Source: Blepharisma stoltei ATCC 30299
Lineage: Eukaryota > Protista > Ciliophora
Length of the DNA stretch: 64,000 bases
NCBI GenBank assembly: GCA_965603825.1
Contig: CBFDEM010000013.1
Location: 620,001 to 684,000 of the forward strand
Reading direction: 5' to 3'
Made by a program: the position numbers and the translations under genes. The notes under the pieces are model-generated. The model was given only the letters and a program-made list of their open reading frames with translations. It made no database searches and was not told where the DNA came from. Below are positions 37,582 to 49,202 of this stretch, one piece after another. Every line of letters begins with the position of its first letter. Positions within the stretch are counted from its first letter, which is position 1.

Positions 37582-37763
37582 AGATTTGTCTATGATAATT
37601 AAAAATTTCTTTTAATATCTCTATTATTTTTTCTAATCGCCATAAAATAGTCAGAAATATCATTTTGATATTTCTATAACCCAGCTATCTGTAACTTCTA
37701 AAACAGAACCTATCCGAATCCGATATAAAAAAATATTAAACTCAGCTTAACTTTGATCTGAAT

Positions 37764-39443
37764 ATGCTACCTCGACCCCTCATATTTGAAATTATCACAT
37801 ATCTAGACACTCCATCTCTTCTCTCCATTTCTCTTGTTAGTCGAAATTTGAATAAAGCAGCAAATTCCCCATGTCTATGGAAGAGAGAATTTTTTAGAAT
37901 TTGGATTCCATGTGATAACACCCCTGCTTTACTTTGCCAAGATTTCCATATAGTGGACTGCTTTGATGTGGACTGGAAAGGTCTTTGTAAGAAAGGCCTA
38001 CATCTTCGCAGTGATTGACTAAAATTGTCAGGATTTGTACTTTCTTCTTATGAAATGCTTTTCCTTTATAACGAATTTACAGGAAGCTTAAAAGCGCCGA
38101 TCATTCCTTTTCCAGCCTTGAGAAGAGATATACAAAGTTTCCCAACAATTTTGCAAGATTTACTAGGAAATCCTGAAGATCAGTTTGAAGGAGACTTTGA
38201 TTATGAAGATTATACCATGGCTTTTGCGAGCTGTCTCAGGGAAAGGCAAGATGAACTATATGCTGAAATAGAAAGTATAAATGACTTGAAATTGCTGACA
38301 TGCTATAGGTGAAATATAGAAAATACTGATATCCCTGCAGAGCGGTTAAGTATTGAATCAGTTTCTACAGACTCTTCAGACACTTTTATTGATTTTTCTG
38401 GCCAAAAACAGACGGAAAGCATGGTTTTGAACTTTTTTGAAACTATTAAAAACACCCTTCAGTTTTTCTGTGATGGAATTACTGGGGCTTTAGTTGAGAG
38501 CGATGATTTGGTAAGTGAATACTGCAATAGATGGACTGATTATTGTGCAGCCATGAAAACTATTAATGGGTTGTTTCTTCCTTTGACAGAGATGATAAAT
38601 GAAATTTATGAGAGTAAGTTTCCTGATAGCCCGAATTTTCCAAGAATGAATATGATGAGGCTTATGCCAGCTATATGAAGAAGGCATGTTTTTGAAAAAA
38701 TAAAAGATAGAATTGCCAGCAGCCTTGTAAATAATGTAAATTATCAGAGGCAAAAAGTATATAAGGGAGAAAATCCAGATCTAGAATTCTGTGATACTGT
38801 CAAAGGCCTTATTGAAGCAGTTATGGATATCAGCTTAAATGAGCTAAGTGTGTACTTCAAAAACCACTCCCAGCTTCAGCTTGATGGCCCATACTCATTC
38901 CTCCACTTAGAACTTATTTCTCAATCAGCTGAATATTACAATTCTTTAAATTTACCTATAAACACCCTTATTGATTTTTTTGAAAATGAGCATGCTTTTT
39001 CTACAGCATTTTTGCCTCAATCTACAGCTACTCAGCTAAAAGTATTGAAATATAAAAAAATTCAAAGCGAAATTCTCAACATTTTGTCAGCTGAAATCAT
39101 AAATTATGCACCAGAAGATCACCCGATAAGTATTAATAATTATGACATTTTATCATCTGTAATTGGGAAAATCCTCTTACAGGTCGATAATAATCAAGAA
39201 AAAGTTATAAGGTTTTTATTGTCTTGCAAAGAGCATAAAGAAATTGTACAAAAATTTAATGACATTCAGCAGATATTAGATGATAGCTCAAAAAGCGAAG
39301 AAGATGAAATTATTGAAAGGAGGGCAAATATTCTAGGAGTCAGGTTTGACGCGACACCCGAGGAAATAATGCTTTTTTCCTTTTCTAGGGATATCAATTT
39401 TAATCAGATGTCGGGTGTATTAAAAGCTTTTTCAATTTATTAA
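37764..39443 (+). CDS. F-box protein with a cullin-repeat-like region (559 aa, 3 TGA-Trp)
   Basis: N-terminal LPRPLIFEIITYLD..SLL.ISLVSR..LW F-box; four listed ORFs in one frame through TGAs 38016, 38310 and 38676. Confidence 0.82.
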
Positions 39444-39669
39444 TTAGGTAGCTAACTATCTAAATACTTATGAGCACAATTGGAATTAATGTATCAGAAA
39501 CTGAAAAATAGGGACATTAATGGGAAGTAGAGAAATTCTTGGAATAGAATTTGTTATCAATTCCTCTTAATTACTAGGCCTAATATATTTTGTAAAAGTT
39601 AGCATCAGGTTTAAATCATTGATATAGTATCAGGTAATATTAATGATATACATAATTGCTAAATTACAA

Positions 39670-40557
39670 TTAAAGTAAGAGGTCTGCTTTTTGCTTTATA
39701 TGATTTTCAAGATAGATTCTTATGTCTCTCCTATAATAACTATCTGCTAAATCTTTAGCATCTTTGCCTTCAATATCAGGCTCTCCTATCGCCATTTTAT
39801 ACCTTTCAACTAAATATCTTACAGTTTCTAGCTGATCCATTACTACTGCTCAATGCAAGCAGTTTCTCCTATACCAAGTATCTTTTGCCTGCAAGTTTCC
39901 TTCATATATAATCATTGCTTCCAAGCACGAAATATTTCCCTTGCTTGCAGCTATAATTATAGGCGTAAGTCCTCTGTAACTTTGTGTATTAGGGCTTGCT
40001 CTATTTTTAAGCAAAATTTCAACGATCTCTAGATTTCCTTCTTCTGCTGCGTAGTGCAATGCGCAAAACCCATCATCATTATTTAATGGCTGATTTAGAG
40101 GTAATTTTCGCTTTAAAATCTCTCTTAAACGCGTTGGATTTTTATGTAGTGTTATTGCTTCATATAATTCAAGTTTTGACTGTTTGCTCAATGTATATTC
40201 TCATGAATTTTCAGGGGTTGCAGTTCTGGCATAGTCATATGCTTGTTTCAATCCATTGAAATCATCTTGAACTAAAGGATTTTCTAAGCTGTTCTGGCTC
40301 ATTTGTGCTCTTGCCCTGAGTTTCCCAAAAGCATCTGCTTCTAATGAAGCAGCACAGTCATGGGCTGGATGAATTCATTCAGGAATGGTTGAGTTAAATC
40401 TGGTTGATAAGTGAGGTGAAAAGTAATCCAATGGTGGCGGAGTAATAGGCTTTTCTGCAGCTTGATCCCCTCTAGATATTCTTGCAGTCATGGGCTCAAC
40501 TGAAGGCGGAGGAATTTTTGGTTCTGGTCTCCTTAGCTTTTCAATAATCTCATCCAT
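39670..40557 (-). CDS. Ankyrin-repeat protein (295 aa, 3 TGA-Trp)
   Basis: ALHYAAEEG, TPIIIAASKG and CLH-W-AV repeats; TGAs at 40375, 40201 and 39850; TAA at 39670. Confidence 0.83.
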
Positions 40558-40641
40558 TTTCTTTCTTTTAAAGAACTTATCTCCCAACGATTTGTTTTAT
40601 TTATCTTCAAGCAATCCTCTTATTTAAAGCACAAATATAAA

Positions 40642-42810
40642 ATGGAAGATTTAATCTCAGTCAATTTTGATTACCAAGCAAAAGGATCCGATTTTCAATT
40701 AGGCATGCAAATAGACTACCCATCCCCAGATATTTATGAAAATACAGCATATAAGCCTCACAGCAACCAATCTTCTGCATCTCCTATACCAAGTATCGAT
40801 TTAAACCAAAAATTACTCGAAATGGTTACTCAGCAATCAGCTTTTCAGCAGCAAATCATAAAGCTTCAAGCTGATTTATTGCAGATTGAAAAAGAAAGCG
40901 CAAGCAAAGACGCAGAAATCAAAAAGTTAAATAAGCAAGCGAAACAGTTTCAGATTCAGATCGAAGAAAAAACTAAAAATCTGCAAGAGCTTACTATCGA
41001 TTATCAAGAAAAATTCAGAAATTTTGAAGCTGAAAATCAAGAACTCCAATCAGCTAATTTAGATCTAGAACAAAAAATCGCATCATTGTCAGCCGCATTA
41101 GAACAAAAAACTGCTCAATATGTAAAATTACAAAATGCTTATAAAGAAAGAGAAAAACGAAGAAGCACTGCTGAAGTCATGCTAGATCAGCAGGAAACAA
41201 ACAATAAAGACTTGATCCAGAAAAATGTGATATTAGAGAAGCAAGTCCAAGATCTAGAAAAAAAGAATAATGAAAACAACAGAATTATTATGAAACTGAG
41301 AGCTGACATTCAATCCACAGATGAAATTATGGGACAAAGAGACTCACAAGTAAAGAAAGTTTTAAATAAAATTAAACAGCAAGAAAGTGAGATTGTAAAA
41401 TTAAGAGAAGAAAATAAGAAAAAAGATGACACTATCTCTAATCTACAAATAAAAGTCGACTTTTTAGAAAAACACCTTGAGGAGACCAAAACGGTTTATA
41501 AAGAAAGAGATATGAAAAAAGCCTTACAACAGATATCTGCAAAAGACAGCGAGTTAAAACTTATGAAAGAAATGGCTAAAAATTGGCAGCTTCAATTTAA
41601 AAAAGCAGCTGATTCTGGAAAAAGCAAAAAGCCTGTAAAACTGCCTCCAATTGCGATCGAAGAAAAATCTATTGAAAAACCATCAGATAAAAAATTAAGG
41701 TTCAGAGAGAATTTAAGAGCTAAAAATTTCAGAAAACCTGACGAATCGAAATCAGCTGAATCAAATATTATTTCAGCTCCGGGGGAGTCAGAGACATCTC
41801 CACACAAGCAGGTAAGAAAAGGAACCCCAAAGCCTAAAGTTCAAAAAACTTCACCTGATAGTGCTCTTAACAGTGTAGCCTCATCAATAAAAGGATTTCC
41901 TGAAATAGAAAGGATCGAGGTGAAAAGTGACGCATCAAGTGGCTTTGAATTTGCTTTTAGAGGTAAAAGCGATGATAAATTTAATGAAGATTTTGGAAGC
42001 CCGAACTATGATAAAGATATTAATTTTCGAAATATTGATAGCCCCGAAGCTGATTATAAATCAGTGTCTTCCCCAGAATTTGAAGTAGTTAAAAGCGCGA
42101 AAATTAATATTGAAAAAATTGATCCAAGGAGCCAAGGATATATAAATAACACTGAAGAAGCACCACAAGAAAAAGAATTTGTTGAAAATTATCGCGAAGA
42201 ATATATACCAGTGAACGAATCACCAAATTTTCGAGGTGAAGAAGAAGTCAACCAAGAAGAGAATTATCCTGAGCCATCATACCCAGAAACCACTTATCCT
42301 GCAGAAGAGCCTCAAAAAATTAGCCCAGATCCTCCTGCAGATGTAGCTGAAACTCAGCAAATTAAAAGTAACGAAATTTCTAAGCAGCCAGAGCAATTAG
42401 AGGAAAACCCTAATTGGGGTGAAGATTTAGAAGATGTTGATTATTTTTCTAGAGATAAGCATGAAGAAGCTCCTGAAAACCCAAGAGATCAATATGAACC
42501 TGAATTGCAACAGCCAATTATAGCTAAAAAAGAGTCCATTAGAAACCCTCCAAGCGAGAGAATAGTAGAAACTGAGCCTTCCTCTCAAACTCAGAAAACC
42601 CAATTAAAAAGTGAGAGAGTAGTAGAAGCTGAGCCTGCCCCTCAAACTCAGAAAACCCAATTAAATAGCCAAGCGACACAGCAAGAAGAAATTGAAGCAG
42701 AAGTGCTAAATGAAGAAGAAATACCCAACGAAGAACCTGAAGGTACCTCTGAAGAAGAAGGTGAAGAAGTTGGAGACGTTGATTTGGAAGATCTAGAAGA
42801 AGATTTTTAA
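40642..42810 (+). CDS. Long coiled-coil protein with an acidic low-complexity C-terminus
   Basis: 722-aa ORF; N-terminal half has heptads, C-terminal half is E/P-rich. Confidence 0.78.
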   Translation: MEDLISVNFDYQAKGSDFQLGMQIDYPSPDIYENTAYKPHSNQSSASPIPSIDLNQKLLEMVTQQSAFQQQIIKLQADLLQIEKESASKDAEIKKLNKQAKQFQIQIEEKTKNLQELTIDYQEKFRNFEAENQELQSANLDLEQKIASLSAALEQKTAQYVKLQNAYKEREKRRSTAEVMLDQQETNNKDLIQKNVILEKQVQDLEKKNNENNRIIMKLRADIQSTDEIMGQRDSQVKKVLNKIKQQESEIVKLREENKKKDDTISNLQIKVDFLEKHLEETKTVYKERDMKKALQQISAKDSELKLMKEMAKNWQLQFKKAADSGKSKKPVKLPPIAIEEKSIEKPSDKKLRFRENLRAKNFRKPDESKSAESNIISAPGESETSPHKQVRKGTPKPKVQKTSPDSALNSVASSIKGFPEIERIEVKSDASSGFEFAFRGKSDDKFNEDFGSPNYDKDINFRNIDSPEADYKSVSSPEFEVVKSAKINIEKIDPRSQGYINNTEEAPQEKEFVENYREEYIPVNESPNFRGEEEVNQEENYPEPSYPETTYPAEEPQKISPDPPADVAETQQIKSNEISKQPEQLEENPNWGEDLEDVDYFSRDKHEEAPENPRDQYEPELQQPIIAKKESIRNPPSERIVETEPSSQTQKTQLKSERVVEAEPAPQTQKTQLNSQATQQEEIEAEVLNEEEIPNEEPEGTSEEEGEEVGDVDLEDLEEDF
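42553..42666 (+). repeat. Two imperfect 57-nt tandem coding repeats
   Basis: SERIVETEPSSQTQKTQLK and SERVVEAEPAPQTQKTQLN; the shared DNA core CTCAAACTCAGAAAACCCAATTAAA occurs twice. Confidence 0.85.
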
Positions 42811-42928
42811 AATAAATTGGTTAGATTTGCCATTTTAAATTAAGCTGTATTATTTAATTTATTTTAAAAAGCATAATAAAGTAGTCAAGGGCATTTATTA
42901 ATTAAAAAAGTCAACAAATTTTACAAAT

Positions 42929-44932
42929 TTAGTTAATTTTTACTCTCGTCCCTTTAGGTGAAGGCAACGCTGATTTTTTTGACTTAACGGGAGCTGATGA
43001 TTCTACTGTTAACTCATCTAAAAATCTACTTGGAATTAGCTGCTCGCCATTATTACTTTGCTGCGCACAAGAGAGTACTAGAAATCTTTTACTTCTCGTA
43101 CAAGCTACATAAGCAAGTCTCCTTTCTTCTTCAAGCTGCTCTGAATGTGTATTTGCAGGCAAAATGGACTCATTAAGTCTAATTAAAAACACTAAATCCC
43201 ATTCCTGGCCTTTTGCTTGATGTATACTTGTGAGAGTCACAACGTTTGCAATTAATTCATTTGTTCCACCAATGGACTCTAAGAAAACACTTAGTCCTTG
43301 AGCCCCTCTTTCGGTGTGGCTTCTTGCAAGTTTTTGCAGAGGTTCAATTACTTGTTTATTAATTCCTAGCCTTTCACACATCAGCTCAATAAGTGCGGAT
43401 GGCGGATACCTTTCTAGTAATTCTTGGAAGTGTGCTATTGTGATACAAAATTCATTGAAACCTGTTTTTAATTTCCCTTTTCCGGTTAAAGATATTATTT
43501 TGCAAGCTTCAAACATAGGGATTTCTTTGACACAACTCATTTCTTTAAGTTTGTCGATAGAATTGGACCCAATACCTCTTTTTGGCCAATTTATGATGTC
43601 TAGCAATATGTCATCGCAGTTTGTGTCAAGAATAAATTTCAAATAAGAGACGAGTCCTCTGATTTCTGCGTTAATCATTATATTTTTTTCTTTAGGGATT
43701 CTTTGTCTTACAGGAATTCCTGCTTTTTCGAATTCTGGCTGCAAATCATTAAAAATCCGATGAAGTCTATATAAAACTGCAATATTTTTATATTCCAGCT
43801 CATATGCATCTTTTATTCTCAACAAAATGTTGACAACTTCTTTAGCCTCTTCTCTTATTGATTGAGCGATAAAAATTTGGCATTTATTCCCTAGCGTATT
43901 ATTTGTAAAGACATGCTTGACTTCTCGCCTTTTATTATTTGAAATTAGCCCTTGTGAAATATTGACTATATGCTGTGTTGATCTATAATTTTCATTCAAA
44001 ATTATTTTCTCGGATTCTGGATAAAGGTTTTTAAACTCTTCAAAAACTTGGCTCGTTGCACCTCTCCAACCATAAATTGCTTGGTCGTCGTCTCCACATA
44101 CAGTTACATTTGCAAATTTTCCAATTAGCTCGATTAGTTCTAATTGCATTGAATTGGTGTCCTGAAATTCATCAACAAGAATATATTTATATTTTCGTTG
44201 ATAATTTTCTAAAACTTGCTGATTGCTTCTAAGCATATTTGTAGTTAAATACAGAATATCGCCTAGGTCGATTGACTTCATTTCTCTAAGTTTCGAGTTG
44301 TATATAAAAAACAAATGCTGGAACGGTCTATTTAATTTTTTCAAAACATTCCTGTCTACTTTTGCTCGACACAGGACTCCATTAATATAAGAAAAAGACC
44401 CCGGCCTAAGGTTCAAGCTAGATCTCCTGATTTCAGTCGGCTGATCATTAATCTCTTCCTGCATAACAGCCATTTGTTCTTCGCTTAATGGCTTGACATC
44501 TTCTTGATACAAATCGTCCTCTGTATATCTCTTTAAAAAATCGTTAAGTGCACTTTCAAGAACTTTTTTCTGCTTGTTCCCTGAAACTATTTGGAAATCA
44601 TAAGGAATTTTGGCTCGTCCAGCATTAGCTCGTAATATATACAACGCAAAATGGTGGAAAGTCCCTACAGTCAAATCATCAGCTCTTACATGTCTTGGCA
44701 AGTTTAAAGATAGCCGCCTTTTCATTTCCATAGCTGCTTTCTTTGTAAAAGTCAGGACTAGAATATTTGTTGGGCTTACGTTTAAATTCAGTAGGTATGC
44801 AACTCTTAATGTCAAAGTTAAGGTTTTTCCTGATCCTGGAGCTGCTAAGATCATCAAAGACTTGTCTAGAAATTCTGTGGAAGCTTGGAATTGATTTCTG
44901 TTTAAATTTCGAAAATCTCCATGTTGAATCAT
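42929..44932 (-). CDS. UvrD/PcrA/Srs2-like SF1 DNA helicase
   Basis: AAPGSGKT, LTFTKKAA, GTFH, VDEFQD, GDDDQAIYGWRGA, NYRS, SIHQAKGQEW and EEERRLAYVACTR motifs; first ATG at 44932. Confidence 0.93.
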   Translation of the reverse strand: MIQHGDFRNLNRNQFQASTEFLDKSLMILAAPGSGKTLTLTLRVAYLLNLNVSPTNILVLTFTKKAAMEMKRRLSLNLPRHVRADDLTVGTFHHFALYILRANAGRAKIPYDFQIVSGNKQKKVLESALNDFLKRYTEDDLYQEDVKPLSEEQMAVMQEEINDQPTEIRRSSLNLRPGSFSYINGVLCRAKVDRNVLKKLNRPFQHLFFIYNSKLREMKSIDLGDILYLTTNMLRSNQQVLENYQRKYKYILVDEFQDTNSMQLELIELIGKFANVTVCGDDDQAIYGWRGATSQVFEEFKNLYPESEKIILNENYRSTQHIVNISQGLISNNKRREVKHVFTNNTLGNKCQIFIAQSIREEAKEVVNILLRIKDAYELEYKNIAVLYRLHRIFNDLQPEFEKAGIPVRQRIPKEKNIMINAEIRGLVSYLKFILDTNCDDILLDIINWPKRGIGSNSIDKLKEMSCVKEIPMFEACKIISLTGKGKLKTGFNEFCITIAHFQELLERYPPSALIELMCERLGINKQVIEPLQKLARSHTERGAQGLSVFLESIGGTNELIANVVTLTSIHQAKGQEWDLVFLIRLNESILPANTHSEQLEEERRLAYVACTRSKRFLVLSCAQQSNNGEQLIPSRFLDELTVESSAPVKSKKSALPSPKGTRVKIN

Positions 44933-45249
44933 TTCAATATAAAATATCCCGCTCTTCACATATTTTCAAATCACAGCTTGGCTTGTTGTGAATTATTTTA
45001 AATTTTAATTAATTAGTATCTTTAAAGAATATAGCCAGGCTAATTATTAAATTTGTTATAATATAAAATATGTTCTTATAACAAAAATAATTCTCATTTG
45101 ATGAAATTTTAAATTATTTTTATGCTAATTTTTGCGAAATCCCTCTTTTTAGTCCGCATCTAATTTCTCTGCATTTCCCCATCCGATCTAAAATTCCCCA
45201 AAATTTTTAAGGGCCAACCCAATAAAAATATAGTTCATTATAATAAATA

Positions 45250-45762
45250 ATGGCCGCAACCAGAGTTTACTTTGACATTACCATCGGAGAGCAGCCAGCT
45301 GGAAGAATCGTCTTCGAGCTTTATAGAGAAACTCCAAACACCGCCGAAAACTTCAGAGCTCTGTGCACTGGCGAAAGAGGCATGGGAAGATCAGGAAGAC
45401 CACTTCACTACAGAGGTTCTGGTTTCCACAGAATTATCCCTCAGTTTATGTGCCAAGGTGGAGATTTCACCCGTGGAGATGGTACCGGTGGAGAAAGCAT
45501 TTACGGTGAAAAGTTCAGAGATGAAAACTTCATCAAGCGCCACACTGAGCCTGGCCTTTTATCAATGGCTAATGCAGGTCCTAACACCAACGGATCACAG
45601 TTCTTCATCACCACAGTCCCTTGCCCACATCTTGATGGCAAACATGTTGTTTTCGGAAAAGTTGTGGAAGGAATGAATGTCGTCAGAGCTATGGAGCAAC
45701 AAGGAAGCCAAAGCGGACGCCCACGCCAAAGAGTTGTTATTGCAAACTGTGGCCAGCTTTAA
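45250..45762 (+). CDS. Cyclophilin A-type peptidyl-prolyl isomerase
   Basis: [16 protein letters not shown] and [17 protein letters not shown] motifs. Confidence 0.96.
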   Translation: MAATRVYFDITIGEQPAGRIVFELYRETPNTAENFRALCTGERGMGRSGRPLHYRGSGFHRIIPQFMCQGGDFTRGDGTGGESIYGEKFRDENFIKRHTEPGLLSMANAGPNTNGSQFFITTVPCPHLDGKHVVFGKVVEGMNVVRAMEQQGSQSGRPRQRVVIANCGQL

Positions 45763-46026
45763 AGATTAAGTAATCAAGGATTGAAATAAATTTTGATAAG
45801 TAATAAGAAAGGAGGAGAGAAATAATGCTTCTGATAGGGCAGAAAAGAAAATTAGCAAGCTTTATTGTGAAGGAATAAGGGTTATGGTTTTGAGATTTGA
45901 TGAAAAATTATTAGGATTGTGGCTGGGCTGCTAATAAGTCTTAAAAGAGATTATAGCGCTAATGATATTTTCAATAGAATTTAAATTTTAGAAAAATATA
46001 GAGAGATTGAAATAATGTTGCATTAT

Positions 46027-47745
46027 TTATACAGGAAGAGCAGGTAAAAGGTAGCTATCGTTTATAAGATCTTTTGCTTCATCATCATTTATGAAACTAC
46101 TGCTTTCCATATTTCTTAGCATTTCCCAAGTAATTCTATCTTTTCTCTGCATAAGCTTCATCCTTCTGAGATCTAGTTTTAACTTATTTGGAACTGATAT
46201 CGATCTCTTTGGGTTTCTTTCTTCTTTTTCTCTTTTTCAATCTAAAATTCTTTGTTTCACTTCTGTTTGATCTTTAAATTTGTATTTTTTACTTAAATCA
46301 TACTCCGGCATCCTAAACCCAGCTTTTTCGTTTGAAAATGCGTATTTAAAACCTCTGGTTTTTTGCATATAAATTTCTTGGTTATCACATTGCAGGTACT
46401 GGTAAAACAAATTTCTTTTTGCAACGAGGCCAATTTCAGACTCTTCTGCACCTACTTGAATATTATAAAATATTTCAGCCAAACAGTCCACAGCAGAGAA
46501 AAACTGCGATAAAGTCATTTTTCTGCCACATTTTGAATTATTTATAAATACTTTTGAAGCTTGCTGCGGATTTAACCTTTGCATTCCTTTTTTATCTGAA
46601 ATCCCGAAATCATTGCAAAATTTAAGAAACTGGCTTAATGTCATAAATTGCTTTAAATTTATCAAATGATCAAATGTGGGCGACCTTGTCAATTCTTGTG
46701 TTTGTGAAGCATAAAACGAAAAAATTGCTTTAAGGCCTTTAACTTGCTTTTCCATAAGATTTTCTTCAGAAATTTTTATGGATTTTGTATTTGAGCTAGA
46801 ATGGATAATTTCCATCTGGTCAATCATGTCTTTTAAGTCACTGATACAATTCATATCAGAGCCATAAGTGTTTATTAGTTCTTTATACTCATTTATTGTG
46901 TTTTGCAGCTGAGCATGATAGGATAGGCGGCTAAAAGATTCTTTGGCTGCCCATTCCTCAAACAGTTCAAAACACTGCGAAAATGTTACCCTCAGGTATT
47001 TCATAGAAGATTTTGCAGGTGAGCCCTTGATGTGCTTGAAACGATTCTCAATCATTCTATCAAAAAGAAAAAGGTCTTTTTCTTCAGGAAGCTTCATTAA
47101 TTGCAATATTTCTCGTAGAATTCTCTTTAGTTTAATAGCTTCAATCATTTTTTTCCCAGTTGGGTCATTAGCGAGTAAAATATTTTCAATATCGGCGTGG
47201 TATTCTTTTAAATAAGGCTCAAGCCAATTTTGTTTAGCTTTTCCAAGTAAATTTGAGGTGTTTACACTTTGAGTAATTCTGCTTTTAAGATTAATAGGAG
47301 TTCTTTGCTTACTTTTCGACAATCTTTCACTGTTTGGAGTATTTCACTTCTCTTCAGTATCATTTGAAATAATGGTTGATATCTGTTTTTGGTCTAAGCT
47401 TATAGGATGATTTAAAGCTCTTATGAAATTGGTATCATTTTCTGCATTAATCATAATCCCCATTCCTTTTGTTAAATAATTTTCAAGCCTTGTCTTAAAT
47501 TGCTCTAGTGAGACTTCTCTATTTATTTTTTACTCGGGGTTAATAATCTCGTCATGATCAAAAGGGTTTTTCTTCATCTTGAAATAATCTTTAACGTCCC
47601 TTAAATCTATATCAAATTCAGCATTTAAGTCTTGAAGTATATAAGATATGCATTTGTGTATATTAATTTTCCCATTTCTAGCATACTTTGAGAAGATTTT
47701 CTCAGTTTTTTCTCCTGAAATTAAATCATCAAGCAACTCTTCCAT
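46027..47745 (-). CDS. Protein with an EF-hand-like N-terminus and a p25-alpha/TPPP-like domain; one intron, 2 TGA-Trp
   Basis: ORF 47530-47745 joins 46237-47322 through intron 47519-47533 and TGA 47344, then continues past TGA 46237 to TAA 46027; LKAIFSFYA...FLKFCNDFGI...MTLSQFFSAV motif. Confidence 0.72.
47519..47533 (-). other. 15-nt intron GTAAAAAATAAATAG (phase 2)
   Basis: GT..AG with A at -6; removes an in-frame TAA and keeps the frame open. Confidence 0.8.
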
Positions 47746-47773
47746 TATTTACTAAATAATCCAACCTTGCAAA

Positions 47774-49012
47774 ATGGAGCCAGGAAGCAAGACCTTTCAG
47801 AAGAAAAAACTCTTTTATGTCCTCACAAGTGCAGGAAAGCCAGTCTGGACTCGCTATGGTGAGTGTGCAGATCTTGCTGTCTTTATTGGTGCATTAGCAG
47901 CAATTATCTTCAAATTCCAAAGCTATTATAATGGTGTTAAAGACTCCTTGCGATACCTCCGCACCTCAGATACTTATATAGTAGTTCTATGCACAGAAGC
48001 ATTATATTATGTATGTGTTTCTCGTGGAAAAGACAGCTTAGAGTCCTTATATCATCAATTAGAAATGCTCCACGCAAAGGTTTTATCAACGCTGACAAGC
48101 AGTATTACTCAGACACTATTAAGCCGTCCTGGGTTTGATGTAGGAAATCTGATGGGAGGCACTCATGACGCATTGGATACTTTAATCAGGACAAGCGCTA
48201 TAAGTCCTTGCTTCCTTGAAGGATTTATGCCAGTTAGAATGCCTATATCGCAGAGAGCACAGATAAGCTCAGCGTTTAAGAACAACATGCATGAAGATAT
48301 ACTATACGGATTTCTAATGACCCCTGAATTCATGATATATAAGTACTGCAGAAGAGGAGAAACAATTCATCCAATCGATATTTTCTTATTGACAAACTTG
48401 CTTACCTCTTATGCCTCACTGAGGTCTACGATGTCCTGGACGCCTATTTGTTTGCCAAACTACAACAATGAAGGATTCGTGTATGCTTATATCACTTTTA
48501 TTCAGGATACCAAAATCGGGGTCATTTTGATTTCAGATAATGCAAGTGCATTTAAGGATCTTAAATTGAGGGCTGATGGAATTGAAAAAGAAATTGTGAG
48601 CCTTATTCCAGTGCTTATGGATGGGATTAGAATGATGCCGTATTCTATTACTACGTGTGAGGCTGCAGAGTTTAAGCATTTTTTATATATGCCCAAAGGA
48701 GACCAATATTCCATGCCAAGCTTTTATCCGTCTACTAGAAGGATTTTAGAAGAAATCCCTATTGACTGCTACAAAAGAACGTTAAGAAGATACTACTCAG
48801 CTTTTAAACTGTCATCCTTTTCTGAGTATTTCAAAGGATATTATGTTAGGATTGATATATATAGAAATGAACAAATTGTATGTGTAAGGCAGCCAGAATT
48901 TACTTTACTTGGTTCTTTATCTCCACTTATTTCAAGTGCAAATGTGATGCAGAGCATTTCACAGCTTTTAAAATGGCTTAAGTCAGAAGAACAAAACCTT
49001 TTCATTAAGTAG
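47774..49012 (+). CDS. MON1: Vacuolar fusion protein Mon1
   Basis: VLTSAGKPVWTRYG, HPIDIFLL and SWTPICLPNYNNEGFVYAYI motifs. Confidence 0.92.
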   Translation: MEPGSKTFQKKKLFYVLTSAGKPVWTRYGECADLAVFIGALAAIIFKFQSYYNGVKDSLRYLRTSDTYIVVLCTEALYYVCVSRGKDSLESLYHQLEMLHAKVLSTLTSSITQTLLSRPGFDVGNLMGGTHDALDTLIRTSAISPCFLEGFMPVRMPISQRAQISSAFKNNMHEDILYGFLMTPEFMIYKYCRRGETIHPIDIFLLTNLLTSYASLRSTMSWTPICLPNYNNEGFVYAYITFIQDTKIGVILISDNASAFKDLKLRADGIEKEIVSLIPVLMDGIRMMPYSITTCEAAEFKHFLYMPKGDQYSMPSFYPSTRRILEEIPIDCYKRTLRRYYSAFKLSSFSEYFKGYYVRIDIYRNEQIVCVRQPEFTLLGSLSPLISSANVMQSISQLLKWLKSEEQNLFIK

Positions 49013-49202
49013 CTAATGTCTAATATTATTTAATTCTTATTGAAATAGTTTATAAAGCCTAATAAATCTCATTACATGAAAATTAATTTCATATAAAAAT
49101 GGTTATCCAAAGGTCCAAAGTTTTAAGCTGCCAGTTTATTGTACTTTAGCCGGGCCCCCCAAAACTATAAATAGCTACGCAATTTTAGCTTTATAAAACA
49201 TA

